Both the position numbers and the translations under genes were made by a program. Below, piece by piece: positions 28,424-39,007 of a DNA stretch of 64,000 bases (its first letter is position 1; each line of letters begins with the position of its first letter). Below the pieces are notes generated by a model. The model was given only the letters and a program-made list of their open reading frames with translations. It did not search any database and was not told the DNA's origin. This stretch comes from a candidate division WOR-3 bacterium UBA6260 (GTDB lineage: Bacteria; Hydrothermota; 32-111), in NCBI GenBank assembly GCA_002441125.1, contig DJVI01000009.1:8175-72174 (forward strand), read 5' to 3'.

Positions 28424-29566
28424 CTATTTTCGACCTTCTAAAAACAGATCTTCCAATTTGTTTCTATAAATTTCAACAGAATAAAATTTTGAATATTTTA
28501 AATTCATATCAATCTTTCCCCAATCTTTAAGAACTTTTTCAATAACAGACTTCAAATCCAAATGGTTTCTATTTTCAAAAATAAAAAGTTTTGGATAACC
28601 TTTAAGTAACTCCTTCGCTGCTGTCAGATTTGAGGATATTATAACTTTACCACATTTGGCACCCTCAAATATAACCCTTCCGGAAGTTTCAGGCCAAATT
28701 GAAGGAAAAATAAGAACATCGAAACTTTTTAAAACCTCATCTATTTTTTCACTTTTGAATTTCCCTTTTATAACTATCCTTTTATCTTTATTTTTTATTT
28801 TGATATTTCCATACAGAAGAAGTTTTATATTTTCATTCTTAAGAATTTTAAAAGCTTTCAGGATAGTTTGAAGACCTTTGTGGTAAGATGAATGTCCTAC
28901 GAAAGCAAACACAGGATAGTCTCCTTTTTCCCTTTTTTCACAATCAATATCTTTTTGAAAATTGTTTATAATTACACTTTTCTCTTTTTGTTTTAAAAAT
29001 CTGTCAGTTATATCAAAAGATTTTTTTGAAGGGTAAATTATTCTATCGATAAATGTAAAAATTTCATCAAAAAAATTTTTTCTATCTTTATACCATTTTA
29101 ATCTTTTTAAAACTAATGAAAGAAATGGGAACAAAAGATCCCTTATCTGTCTGGTTATAGGAATAAAAAGGTATTTATCCATATAACAGTAAATACAGTT
29201 CTTGCCATATGGACCAGAGCATAACATATTTCTGTTATTTATCAGGACAACCCTTTCACATATAGAATAATAATCATGTGAAATATATCCTATCTTAACA
29301 TTTCTTTTTTTCAATTCACTCAAAATTTTTGGAGTTAAAAATTTTAAAGAATGAAGTAAAAAAAGATCAAATTTTTCTTTATCAATTTTTTTGAAAAAAT
29401 CTTCTTCATCCAAAAAATTTCCTTTTAAAAGAGCCTTTTTTACTCTTCCATCCTCAAAATCTGATTTCGTAGTTAAAATAGTTTCATCTACCAAAGCGAG
29501 TTCCTTTACAAAACAAGATGAACCACCATCATCTTTATAACTATCTATATAATGTAAAATCTTCAT
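28424..29566 (-). CDS. glycosyltransferase family 4
   Basis: 380 aa. C-terminal GT-B pattern (...LIFPSIWPETSGRVIFEGAKCGKVIIS). Confidence 0.6.
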   Translation of the reverse strand: MKILHYIDSYKDDGGSSCFVKELALVDETILTTKSDFEDGRVKKALLKGNFLDEEDFFKKIDKEKFDLFLLHSLKFLTPKILSELKKRNVKIGYISHDYYSICERVVLINNRNMLCSGPYGKNCIYCYMDKYLFIPITRQIRDLLFPFLSLVLKRLKWYKDRKNFFDEIFTFIDRIIYPSKKSFDITDRFLKQKEKSVIINNFQKDIDCEKREKGDYPVFAFVGHSSYHKGLQTILKAFKILKNENIKLLLYGNIKIKNKDKRIVIKGKFKSEKIDEVLKSFDVLIFPSIWPETSGRVIFEGAKCGKVIISSNLTAAKELLKGYPKLFIFENRNHLDLKSVIEKVLKDWGKIDMNLKYSKFYSVEIYRNKLEDLFLEGRK

Positions 29567-30780
29567 AAAAGATTCTCCAAAATTTTATCTAACTGTTTGT
29601 TAAACCTTTTTTTATCAAATCGCCCTTCACTGTAACCATCGATGAGATCACTCCCATTTAAAGCTATATTCCTTGCATTTTCAGATAATCTCTTCTTAAG
29701 CTGTTGGTTAATGTATAGTTGTTTTAAATAGTTGTATGTTAAAAGATAATCTCCAAAAGGAACAAGGTATCCGTTTAAACCATTCTTCACAATATAAGTT
29801 GACCCCCAGCAGTAAGAGTTTATAGTTGGAATACCATAAGAATGAGCTTCAACACTAACTATCCCAAAAGATTCTGCTATTGAAGGCAAAATAAAAATAT
29901 CAGTTTTTAAAAAGAGTTCATCTTTTTCTTTATCTGTAACATATGGATGGTATTCAATAAAATCCATTCCCTTTACCATACTTAAATATTTTTCATCCAT
30001 TTTACCAACAATAGTGAACTTTATATTCTTGAACTCTGAGTATAAAAGTTTTACAGCATTTAAACTTGTTAGTATACCTTTTTCATAATTCTGTGTTCCA
30101 ATAGTTAGTATGTTGAAAAGGCCATTCCCACCTTTTGAAACTTTTTCAGGAATATCTATATAAGAGTTAAGGTAAAAAACTTTATTTCCAAAATTTTTTA
30201 AATATTCTTTTTCATTCGTGTTTAAGCACACAAGAATATCTGCCATTTCATACAAACTTTTGTAATATGGATGAAAAAATTCGTAAGAGAATCTTTCAGT
30301 TTTTGGAATAGTTGAGTGTATTTGCGGAATGAAAATAGATTTTTTTTTATATTTTTTCGAATAGTAAAGTGCCGGATAAACAACTGAAGTAAAAGGTAAG
30401 AAACCTGTTATAACAATATCATATTTTAGAATATTTTTTTTCAGGTTGTAAAGAAGAGATGGGGATACTATTTTAAAGTTCAAAGAATAGTATTTTAAAA
30501 TTCCATAATTTTCAAAAAATTTAAAAATTCTGTTTTTGTATCTAAAATCAATAAGAGAAAATCTTTTTATCGTAGAACCTTTTATATTCTCTTCCCTTTT
30601 CAAATTTCTATCGTTAAATTTATAAGAATCGTCAGATACTCTTAAAGTGTAAACATCAATATCAAAACCTTTTTCTTTCAGGTTATCAAAAATCATTTTT
30701 GAAAATTTTTCTGAACCAGATAATACAGGGTAAAATCTGTTGAAAACGAGTAAAACTTTTTTACCCATCCTTCCTTCCAA
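29563..30780 (-). CDS. glycosyltransferase family 4
   Basis: 405 aa. GT4 E-x7-E region (ILPSIAESFGIVSVEAHSYGIPTI). Confidence 0.7.
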   Translation of the reverse strand: MEGRMGKKVLLVFNRFYPVLSGSEKFSKMIFDNLKEKGFDIDVYTLRVSDDSYKFNDRNLKREENIKGSTIKRFSLIDFRYKNRIFKFFENYGILKYYSLNFKIVSPSLLYNLKKNILKYDIVITGFLPFTSVVYPALYYSKKYKKKSIFIPQIHSTIPKTERFSYEFFHPYYKSLYEMADILVCLNTNEKEYLKNFGNKVFYLNSYIDIPEKVSKGGNGLFNILTIGTQNYEKGILTSLNAVKLLYSEFKNIKFTIVGKMDEKYLSMVKGMDFIEYHPYVTDKEKDELFLKTDIFILPSIAESFGIVSVEAHSYGIPTINSYCWGSTYIVKNGLNGYLVPFGDYLLTYNYLKQLYINQQLKKRLSENARNIALNGSDLIDGYSEGRFDKKRFNKQLDKILENLL

Positions 30781-32077
30781 TGTAAGTTATTTTTACTTTT
30801 TCTTCAGTTTTTATTTTAATATTTATTTTCCTTTTTGATACCTTAAAATAGAAAGGTGATCTTTTTGAAACCATTTCAAAACCGTTGTAATAAATGTAAA
30901 CTTGCTGATTTTCAGGATAATATATAAGAACATATTCACAATCTTCCTTACTTTCCAAAAAGATCTCACCTTCAAAGAAAATGTATCTACCAACAGGAAA
31001 ATTTTTATCTAAAAAAGAGAATCCCCTTCCAATATAAAAATCATCTATTCCAAAAGTTATTGAGCTTTTTAAAGAAGGTATCTGTTCAAAAGTAGAAACT
31101 ACATTTACCCTTTCATCAAAAATTTCTTCAGTTTGAAAAGGTTTATAACTTTTTTCAAGAAAATGTTCTATCCTTTTTGCTTTTATGATAAATTTCCTTT
31201 TAAACCTAAAAAATAAAATTTTGGGCAAAAGTAAAAATAAAGAAACAAAAATTTTTATATGTAAAAGGTTTCTTTTCAAAAATCTTGTTTTCAGAAAGTA
31301 TATTTTTGCTTTTAAAAGATATGGGAAGGATAGAAATTTTAGAAGAAAAAGGTACTGATTTTTCAATATTAAAAAATCTTTCTTCTTTGAAAAATTTTTG
31401 AAACTCCCAGAATACTCATGGTAACATACTGCATCTTTGACAAAAGAAATTTTATAATCAGTTTCAGTTAAAATTCTTGCTGAAAGATCAGCATCCTCAT
31501 AGAATGAAGAGTAGGAAAAATCGAAAAGTGAAACCTTTTTTAAAAGTTCCCTTTTTATTCCAAAACAACCACCAGATAAAAAAATATTGGAATCACTTTT
31601 TATTTCAACATTATCGCCAAAACCGTAATCTCTGTTCTTCGCAAAACCGGTGAGGTTCAGAATAAGACCAGTTGAGTTGATAATATCTTTTTTTCTGTTG
31701 AATTTTATAAGTGGCATTGCAGCACCAACATCCTTTCTATTAAAAACTGGGTCCAGTTTTTCTAAAAAATCTTTTTCCAAGATTATATCGTTGTTCATAA
31801 CCAAAAGGATATCGGCTTGGGCGTAAAGAAAATATTTGAGTCCAAAATTATGTGAAACATAGCCAAGATTTTTGTTAACTCTTGTTACCTTAACAGCGGG
31901 AAAATTCTTATGAACATCTTCCACAGATGTATCTGTTGAGCAGTTGTCTATAAGATGAACTATATAATTTTTGTATGTCTGTTTAAAAATGGAACCTATA
32001 GATTCAAAAAAAACATCCTTTAAAAATGAACTCCCATTGTAGTTGAGTATTTGAACTATATAGAGATTTTTTTTCAT
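30761..32077 (-). CDS. glycosyltransferase family 2 with C-terminal extension
   Basis: 438 aa. N-terminal GT-A fold with DNCSTD (DxD-type) motif. Confidence 0.65.
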   Translation of the reverse strand: MKKNLYIVQILNYNGSSFLKDVFFESIGSIFKQTYKNYIVHLIDNCSTDTSVEDVHKNFPAVKVTRVNKNLGYVSHNFGLKYFLYAQADILLVMNNDIILEKDFLEKLDPVFNRKDVGAAMPLIKFNRKKDIINSTGLILNLTGFAKNRDYGFGDNVEIKSDSNIFLSGGCFGIKRELLKKVSLFDFSYSSFYEDADLSARILTETDYKISFVKDAVCYHEYSGSFKNFSKKKDFLILKNQYLFLLKFLSFPYLLKAKIYFLKTRFLKRNLLHIKIFVSLFLLLPKILFFRFKRKFIIKAKRIEHFLEKSYKPFQTEEIFDERVNVVSTFEQIPSLKSSITFGIDDFYIGRGFSFLDKNFPVGRYIFFEGEIFLESKEDCEYVLIYYPENQQVYIYYNGFEMVSKRSPFYFKVSKRKINIKIKTEEKVKITYIGRKDG

Positions 32078-32919
32078 AAGAACTCTTTAATAGATCTTTT
32101 CAAAGCATCCTCAAATGTTGGCATAATTTCTATACCAAGATTTTCAAGTTTTTCACTTTTTAAAGCACAATTTTTTGGAATCTTTTCAATAAGTTCATCG
32201 TTCCTTACATTTATTTTTACATCCTTTTTAAGAAAATCTTTTATAAACTTTGCAACATCTATATATGAAACGAAACCTTTATTAACAAGATGCAAAATAC
32301 CTGAAAAGTTAGTTTTTTTTCTCAATATCTCTTCGATCTTCAAAGAGAGATCCAAAGCGTATGTTGGTGAAGTGGTTATGTTGTATAAAGAAACATCCTT
32401 TCCTTCAAGTATCTTTTTTATCGTGAACCCTATAACATTATGACCTGGTGTAAAATTGCTATACCCAAAAATCTCATCAGTTCTTATTATCAAAGAGTCA
32501 GGGTTGTTTTCAAGTATCAGAATCTCCCCCTTGTATTTCGAAAATCCGTAAACTGTTTTTGGTTCGGGAAGATCACTTTCAACATACTCTGTTTTCTTTT
32601 CCCCGTTGAAAACAAATCCAGTTGAAAGATGAATGAATTTGCAACCAAATTCCTTAGAAATCTTTGCCATTTCTGCGGGAGAGTATGAGTTCACTTTCAA
32701 AGCTTCATCAGGGTGCTTTTCACAGTAATAGATGTTAGTTAAACCTGCACAGTTTATACAAACTTCTATTTTATTTTTCTTAATAAAAGAATGAAACTCT
32801 TCATAATTTAAGATATTCAACTCACTATGCGATGGTTTAAAAACTCTGTTACTCTTTTCAAAAATCCCAGACAGATATTTCCCAAGCAAACCTCCACTTC
32901 CCAAAATCAAAACATTCAT
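32074..32919 (-). CDS. dTDP-4-dehydrorhamnose reductase-like NAD(P)-dependent sugar reductase/epimerase
   Basis: 281 aa. N-terminal ILGSGGLLG Rossmann motif. YGFSKYKGE (YxxxK) catalytic motif, as in RmlD-type enzymes. Confidence 0.55.
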   Translation of the reverse strand: MNVLILGSGGLLGKYLSGIFEKSNRVFKPSHSELNILNYEEFHSFIKKNKIEVCINCAGLTNIYYCEKHPDEALKVNSYSPAEMAKISKEFGCKFIHLSTGFVFNGEKKTEYVESDLPEPKTVYGFSKYKGEILILENNPDSLIIRTDEIFGYSNFTPGHNVIGFTIKKILEGKDVSLYNITTSPTYALDLSLKIEEILRKKTNFSGILHLVNKGFVSYIDVAKFIKDFLKKDVKINVRNDELIEKIPKNCALKSEKLENLGIEIMPTFEDALKRSIKEFL

Positions 32920-32974
32920 TTCCCCTCCTTATTTTTAAAAAGAACTAAAGAAAATAGCAGGATATTTGAAAAAC

Positions 32975-34102
32975 TCATAATTTCCAACTTACAGGTATCT
33001 TTACAAAACCTAAATGTGTTTTTCTGTTACCTACAACCTCAAATGAAGAAGCAAAATCTATATGATCGTAAGGGAATCTATTAAAAATATCATAAAAAGC
33101 AACAGAGATGTAATATTTCCCAGGATTCAGATTCAAAGGTTGAAAAGAAAAATATAATTCACCTGTATCTTTCACATCAATATATTTCCCTTCATAATCG
33201 TAAGTGTTTGGACCACATATAACATTTGAAAACTGATCGGTTATAGCGAAACCGAATATTGCTTTTTCAACCTTTCCGTTCTTTTTGTATTTGATTTTAA
33301 AACTTATATTTTTCCTTTCATAAAAAGAGTAAATATCATTTTCACATATTATATCTGTTATCTCTACCTCTCTGCTTCCCCTTCTAATAAAATTTTTAAT
33401 AGGATCATTTTCCTTACGGGAAAGATATGAAGATACGACCTCTTCCGGATCACCTAACTTTACAAGTTCCCCTTCATCAAGCAATGCTACCCTATCTGAA
33501 AATCTTGTGATCATTCCCATATCATGAGAAACGAAAAGAATAGTTACCCCTTCATTTTTTAAACTTTCAACTTTTTCAAGACATTTTCTTTGGAAATGAA
33601 TATCTCCAACTGCAAGTACCTCATCTATTATAAGTATTTCAGGCTTTGTGAATATAGCAACAGAAAAACCTAACCTGACATACATACCTGTAGAATACTC
33701 TTTGACCTTCATATCTATAAAATTTTCAAGTTCTGAAAAATCTATTATTTTATCTATTATCGAACTTATGTATTTTTTTGAAAACCCCATAATGGTTCCA
33801 TAAAGAAAAATATTCTCCTTTCCAGTAAGTTCTGGATTGAAACCTATTCCAAGACCAAGAAAGGAAGAAACATTTCCATAAACTCTAACAGTACCTTTAT
33901 CAGGTTTTAAAATTTTTGAAACTATAGATAATAGAGTTGTTTTTCCTGAACCGTTGGCACCTATTATAGAAAAAAACTCATTTCTCGAAACATCAAAAGA
34001 AATATTTTTTAAAGCTTCAATTTTCTTCTTTTTGAAAAAACCTATGTTTGGATAGTAAGTTAAGGAAACATCTTTCAATGAAACTACAAAATTTCTGTTC
34101 AT
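32975..34102 (-). CDS. polysaccharide/teichoic-acid ABC exporter ATP-binding protein (Wzt/TagH-like)
   Basis: 375 aa. Walker A GANGSGKTT, Walker B ILIIDEVLAVGD. Extra C-terminal beta-rich domain as in Wzt. Confidence 0.8.
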   Translation of the reverse strand: MNRNFVVSLKDVSLTYYPNIGFFKKKKIEALKNISFDVSRNEFFSIIGANGSGKTTLLSIVSKILKPDKGTVRVYGNVSSFLGLGIGFNPELTGKENIFLYGTIMGFSKKYISSIIDKIIDFSELENFIDMKVKEYSTGMYVRLGFSVAIFTKPEILIIDEVLAVGDIHFQRKCLEKVESLKNEGVTILFVSHDMGMITRFSDRVALLDEGELVKLGDPEEVVSSYLSRKENDPIKNFIRRGSREVEITDIICENDIYSFYERKNISFKIKYKKNGKVEKAIFGFAITDQFSNVICGPNTYDYEGKYIDVKDTGELYFSFQPLNLNPGKYYISVAFYDIFNRFPYDHIDFASSFEVVGNRKTHLGFVKIPVSWKL

Positions 34103-34851
34103 AAACTTTTTACCATCCTATCCTCAAAAATGTTGAAGAAAAGGTATCCAAAAAGTGAGAATATTATTGAAAAGAAGAGAGAATTTATCATAACAGTTGT
34201 ATCTGGGAAAGTAGAATAGAAAAGAATATTCTGAACTCCTATTATATATACTGCCACAGGATTTAAAAGATAAATATGGATAAACTTGTAAGGAACATAT
34301 TCGAAAGGATAAAATATTGGACAAAGAAAAAACAGAGCTTGAACCAATATGTCCCAACCAGCTTTAATGTCTCTGAAAAAAACATAGGTAACTGAAAGTA
34401 TCGTTGATAAGCCAAAAAGGAAAAATGAAAAAACAATAATATAAGGTATGAATGAAAGAAAAACCAAAGGGAAAGATTTAGTAACAATTATATAGAAAAT
34501 AATATATATCAGGTATTCAAAGAAAGTTATTATAAGGTTTGAAATAACAAGTGATAAAGGTAAAATTAATCTATCTATCTTTACCTTTAAAACCAACTCT
34601 CTGTTTCTGTAAAAAAGATGTAAAGATTGTGATGTAGTGTTAACAAAAAATCTCCATAAGGTTGTTCCAGAAAGAATAAATAAAGGATAATTTTTCATGT
34701 TGAATCTCATAAATCTGTTAAAAACTATATATATGATAAACATCAGAAACAAAGGTTCAAAAATTATCCATAAAAATCCTAAAATTGAATTTTTATATTT
34801 TGTTTTAAGGTCAGATTTTATGAGTTCAACTACAAGATCAAAATTTATCAT
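34099..34851 (-). CDS. ABC-2 type polysaccharide exporter permease (Wzm/TagG-like)
   Basis: 250 aa, six hydrophobic segments. Overlaps the ATPase gene (operon). Confidence 0.7.
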   Translation of the reverse strand: MINFDLVVELIKSDLKTKYKNSILGFLWIIFEPLFLMFIIYIVFNRFMRFNMKNYPLFILSGTTLWRFFVNTTSQSLHLFYRNRELVLKVKIDRLILPLSLVISNLIITFFEYLIYIIFYIIVTKSFPLVFLSFIPYIIVFSFFLFGLSTILSVTYVFFRDIKAGWDILVQALFFLCPIFYPFEYVPYKFIHIYLLNPVAVYIIGVQNILFYSTFPDTTVMINSLFFSIIFSLFGYLFFNIFEDRMVKSL

Positions 34852-34937
34852 AAAAGTATTTTAACAGAGATTGAATTACAGTCAAGAATATTAAAGGTTG
34901 TATTGACTATTTAACTATATTGTGATATAAATAGATT

Positions 34938-35723
34938 ATGATAAGAGTTGGAGTTAATGGCTGTGCTGGAAAGATGGGCAGCATAATATGTTATAAAATC
35001 CTTAACGAAAGCGATATAGTTTTAACCGAAGCTTTTGAAAGATCCGGTTCAGAATTTATTGGAATGGATCTTGGTTTAGCTTTAGGTATTGAGGAATGGA
35101 AACTTAATATCAAAGAACTTAAAAGTTCTGAAAATTACAAAATGGATATTATAATAGATTTCTCATCTGAGGAAGGATTTTTAAATTCTCTCGAATACGC
35201 TTTTTCACATAGGATTCCATTCGTTGCAGGAACAACCGGACTATCAGAAAACAGTATGAAAAAAATGAAAGAATATTCTAAAAATATTCCTATACTCTAT
35301 TCTTCAAATATGTCAACAGGTATCAATTCTATATTGAAAATTTTGGAAAACATGAAAGATATTTTAAACGATAGAAAAAGGGACATTGAGATTATTGAAT
35401 ACCATCATAACAAAAAAAAGGATGCTCCGAGTGGAACAGCGTTGATGATAGCTGAAAAAATATCCGCACTAACAAAAAGGGATATAAACAAGAACGGAAA
35501 TATAACATTCCCAAGGGGTGATGAGATAAGGATACACTCTCTAAGAATTGGAGAGATATACGGTTACCATAAAATAATAATTTCAGGAAACGGTGAAACT
35601 ATAGAAATTTCCCACTCAGCGTTATCAAGGGAAACTTTTGCAAACGGAGTTATAGAAAGTATAAGATTTTTAATAGATAAAAAGGAAGGATTGTACTCTC
35701 TTTTAGACATCAAAAGGAGATAG
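34938..35723 (+). CDS. dapB: 4-hydroxy-tetrahydrodipicolinate reductase
   Basis: 261 aa. E(I)IEYHHNKKKDAPSGTA active-site signature of DapB. Confidence 0.85.
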   Translation: MIRVGVNGCAGKMGSIICYKILNESDIVLTEAFERSGSEFIGMDLGLALGIEEWKLNIKELKSSENYKMDIIIDFSSEEGFLNSLEYAFSHRIPFVAGTTGLSENSMKKMKEYSKNIPILYSSNMSTGINSILKILENMKDILNDRKRDIEIIEYHHNKKKDAPSGTALMIAEKISALTKRDINKNGNITFPRGDEIRIHSLRIGEIYGYHKIIISGNGETIEISHSALSRETFANGVIESIRFLIDKKEGLYSLLDIKRR

Positions 35724-35724
35724 G

Positions 35725-36870
35725 ATGTTTTCTCAAAATCTTAACAAACTCCCTTTGTACCTATTCGATCAGATAGATAAGATGAAAAAAAGTATACCTG
35801 ATCCAATAGATTTCGGTGTGGGAGATCCAGATATTCCGACACCAAAAATTATTGTTGATGAGTTGATAAAAAATGTAAAAAAATCAGAAAACCATAGATA
35901 CCCTCCATACGATGGAATTTTAGAACTAAAGAAGGAGATATCTGAATACTTTAAAAAAAGATTCTCTGTTAATCTTGATCCTGAAAAAGAGGTTTTGGTA
36001 CTTATAGGTTCAAAAGAGGGTATAGCCCATTCACTTGAAGCGTTTTTGAACAGAAACGATAAAGTTTTAATCCCTTCAATATGTTATCCAGTCTATAAAA
36101 ATCAAACTATCCTTAAGGGTGGAAAACCGGTAGAATATAAGATAAGATTTGAAAACAATTTTGTTCCAGAAATCAGCGAAATCGAAAAGAAAATAGATAA
36201 AAAAACAAAAATCCTATTTTTAAATTATCCTAACAACCCTACTGGTGCAAAAGTAAAAAAAGAATTCTATGACAGAATCTATGAACTATGTGCTAAAAAA
36301 AATATTATGGTTTTAAACGATAATGTTTATTCTGAAATATATTTCGATGATTCCCCACCTCCTTCATTTTTACAATCAGACAGGGATAAAAATTTATCAT
36401 GCGAATTCCATTCATTCTCAAAAGTCTTCAACATGACAGGTTGGAGAATAGGATTTTTGGTTGGAAATCAAAAGATTATAGAGATGGTTAAAAAGATCAA
36501 AACTAATACAGATTCCGGAGTTTTCATACCTATTCAAAAAGCGTCCATTGCAGGTTTAAAGAATATTGAAAAGATAAAAGAAAATAACATTAAAATATTC
36601 AAAAAAAGGATGGAGATACTTTCTGAGCATCTATACTCTAAAGGTTTTGAATTTCATAAACCTGTCTCAACCTACTATATATTCACTAAAACTTTAAAAA
36701 ATATGGATTCTTTATCTTTCACAAAACTTTTACTTCAGAAAGCAGGTATAGTGACAACACCAGGAATTGGATTCGGTAAGGATGGAGACAGATTTGTTAG
36801 ATTTTCAATTACTCTAAATGAAAAAGATTTTTATAGAGGTATAGAAAAAATAAAAAGAATGAAAATATAA
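35725..36870 (+). CDS. class I/II PLP-dependent aminotransferase (possibly LL-diaminopimelate or aspartate aminotransferase)
   Basis: 381 aa. SKVFNMTGWRIG PLP-lysine region. Sits between dapB and lysC. Confidence 0.6.
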   Translation: MFSQNLNKLPLYLFDQIDKMKKSIPDPIDFGVGDPDIPTPKIIVDELIKNVKKSENHRYPPYDGILELKKEISEYFKKRFSVNLDPEKEVLVLIGSKEGIAHSLEAFLNRNDKVLIPSICYPVYKNQTILKGGKPVEYKIRFENNFVPEISEIEKKIDKKTKILFLNYPNNPTGAKVKKEFYDRIYELCAKKNIMVLNDNVYSEIYFDDSPPPSFLQSDRDKNLSCEFHSFSKVFNMTGWRIGFLVGNQKIIEMVKKIKTNTDSGVFIPIQKASIAGLKNIEKIKENNIKIFKKRMEILSEHLYSKGFEFHKPVSTYYIFTKTLKNMDSLSFTKLLLQKAGIVTTPGIGFGKDGDRFVRFSITLNEKDFYRGIEKIKRMKI

Positions 36871-38046
36871 ATGGCATTAATAGTAAAAAAATTTGGTGGA
36901 ACATCTCTCGCAACCTGTGATCTTATAAAACATCTTGCAAAAAGAGTAGCTTCTGATATAAAGGCTGGAAACAAAGTTGTTGTCGTTGTTTCTGCGATGG
37001 GAAAAACGACAAACGAACTTATTTCTATGGCTAAATCTTTAACTTCAACACCTGATCAGAGAGAAATGGATATGCTTTTAACTGCTGGTGAAAGGATATC
37101 GATGGCTTTATTTTCAATGGCTTTAAACTCTCTCGATATAAAAGCTTACTCTTTCACAGGTTCTCAGGTAGGTATAATTACAACATCAACACATACTGAT
37201 GCAAAAATAATAACTGTTAAGGGTGAAAGATTGCTCGAAGCTCTATCAAACGGAATAACTCCAATAGTTGCAGGATTTCAAGGTGTTTCATCAACAAAAG
37301 AGATTACAACACTTGGAAGAGGTGGATCAGATACTACCGCTGTGGCTATAGCTGCATTTTTGAAAGCGGATCTATGTGAAATCTACACTGATGTTGATGG
37401 AGTTTTCAGGGTTGATCCAAGGATAGTTCCAGAATCCAAAATAATAGATAAAATCCCTTATGACCAGATGCTCTTAATGTCACATCTCGGTTCAAAAGTT
37501 CTACATCCAAGATCTGTTGAGATAGCGAAAAAATACAATATACCTATAGTTGTTAAATCATCTTTTAATGAAGGAGAAGGTACTATGGTAACAAATATTG
37601 AAAATATAGAATCCACAAATGTAAACAGTATAAGTGTTAAAGATGATCTCGCTTTGGTGAACATGAAAATTCAGGATATGGGACTTGTTAAATTGTTGAA
37701 TGAAATAAATGATAAGGATCTTAAGATTGAACTTTTTATGACAAAAAGTCCGGAAAATATTTCATTAATCATATCACAGGATAAGGTCAATGAACTTTTA
37801 TCTTTAGTTGAGAATTTTTCAAATTCTTTGAGTATAAGCAGTGATATATCTCTCATCTCATTCATAGGTGAAGGGATAGCTGAAGACAAAAACATAATAA
37901 AAAATATAATCGATATCGTTTCAAAATATGACAAAGATGTTTTTGGAATTTTTACTAATAAAATTTCTTACACGATAGTTACAAAGAAAGCTTATAAAGA
38001 GAAAATTGTTAAAGAGGCAGGAAAAAGATTTGAACTTACAAAATAA
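36871..38046 (+). CDS. lysC: aspartate kinase
   Basis: 391 aa. KFGGTSL and VVVSAMG motifs. C-terminal ACT-like region. Confidence 0.85.
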   Translation: MALIVKKFGGTSLATCDLIKHLAKRVASDIKAGNKVVVVVSAMGKTTNELISMAKSLTSTPDQREMDMLLTAGERISMALFSMALNSLDIKAYSFTGSQVGIITTSTHTDAKIITVKGERLLEALSNGITPIVAGFQGVSSTKEITTLGRGGSDTTAVAIAAFLKADLCEIYTDVDGVFRVDPRIVPESKIIDKIPYDQMLLMSHLGSKVLHPRSVEIAKKYNIPIVVKSSFNEGEGTMVTNIENIESTNVNSISVKDDLALVNMKIQDMGLVKLLNEINDKDLKIELFMTKSPENISLIISQDKVNELLSLVENFSNSLSISSDISLISFIGEGIAEDKNIIKNIIDIVSKYDKDVFGIFTNKISYTIVTKKAYKEKIVKEAGKRFELTK

Positions 38047-39007
38047 AAAAGCTAACATAGCTCTCGTCGGAGCGACGGGACTCGTTGGAGTTGAGTTTTT
38101 AAAACTTCTTGAGGAAAGGGATTTTCCTTTCAACATGTTGTATCTTTTTTCTTCCCAAAAAAGTGCTGGATTAAAGTTGAAAGTGAAAGGTAAAATTTAT
38201 ACTGTACGGGAGTTTGATAAGAATCTTTTTCAAAATATAGATATAGCATTTTTCGCTACATCTGCTGAAGAGTCCAAAAAATACATATCCTTAATTAAAG
38301 ATTTTAAAACTGTATCTATAGATAACTCCTCAGCTTTTAGATTGAAAAGGGATATTCCACTAATCGTTCCAGAAATAAATTTTGAAAATGTAAAAAAAAC
38401 AACGAAATTAATAGCGAATCCAAACTGTTCAACAATACAACTCGTTTTGGTCTTGAAGAGTTTGTTACAGTTTGGACAGATAGATTCTATAAATGTCTCA
38501 ACATATCAGGCGATTTCCGGAGCTGGAAGGGATGCTTTATCTACATTTTTTGAACAAGCAAAAGGTAAAAATAAAAAAGGTTCTCCAATATTTTACAACA
38601 ACCTTATACAACATATAGGGAGTTTTAAGGGAGAATGGTGTGAAGAGGAAAATAAGATTATAAACGAAACAAGAAAAATTTTAAACAAAAAGGATCTCAA
38701 GATCTCAGCAACAACAGTAAGAGTACCTGTTGTGAATTCACACACAGAGGTTGTGAATGTTGAGTTCAAAAATAATGTAAGTCTTGCAAAGATAAAAAGT
38801 GTTATAAATAAAACACCATACCTTATTCTTTTACCTGAAACTGATCCGATTTCTGTTTCTGGAACAAATTTGGTTTTCGTTTCAAGACTAAGGAAAGATA
38901 AATTTAGAGATAATGTGATTCATTTTATCGTTACAGCTGACAATTTAAGGATAGGTGCGGCTCTCAACGGTATAAAAATAGCGGAAAGGATCGTATATGA
39001 AAAATAA
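38006..39007 (+). CDS. asd: aspartate-semialdehyde dehydrogenase
   Basis: LVGATGLVGVEF NAD-binding motif. ANPNCSTIQLVL with the active-site Cys. The ATG at 38006 overlaps lysC, so the real start is probably a TTG/ATG near 38030-38050. Confidence 0.85.
   Translation: MLKRQEKDLNLQNKKANIALVGATGLVGVEFLKLLEERDFPFNMLYLFSSQKSAGLKLKVKGKIYTVREFDKNLFQNIDIAFFATSAEESKKYISLIKDFKTVSIDNSSAFRLKRDIPLIVPEINFENVKKTTKLIANPNCSTIQLVLVLKSLLQFGQIDSINVSTYQAISGAGRDALSTFFEQAKGKNKKGSPIFYNNLIQHIGSFKGEWCEEENKIINETRKILNKKDLKISATTVRVPVVNSHTEVVNVEFKNNVSLAKIKSVINKTPYLILLPETDPISVSGTNLVFVSRLRKDKFRDNVIHFIVTADNLRIGAALNGIKIAERIVYEK

Noticed and set aside
34852-34937. Lysine riboswitch upstream of the dapB-lysC-asd operon
   Set aside because: The leader is only about 86 nt and AT-rich, with none of the conserved L-box helices. 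It is too short for a lysine riboswitch.
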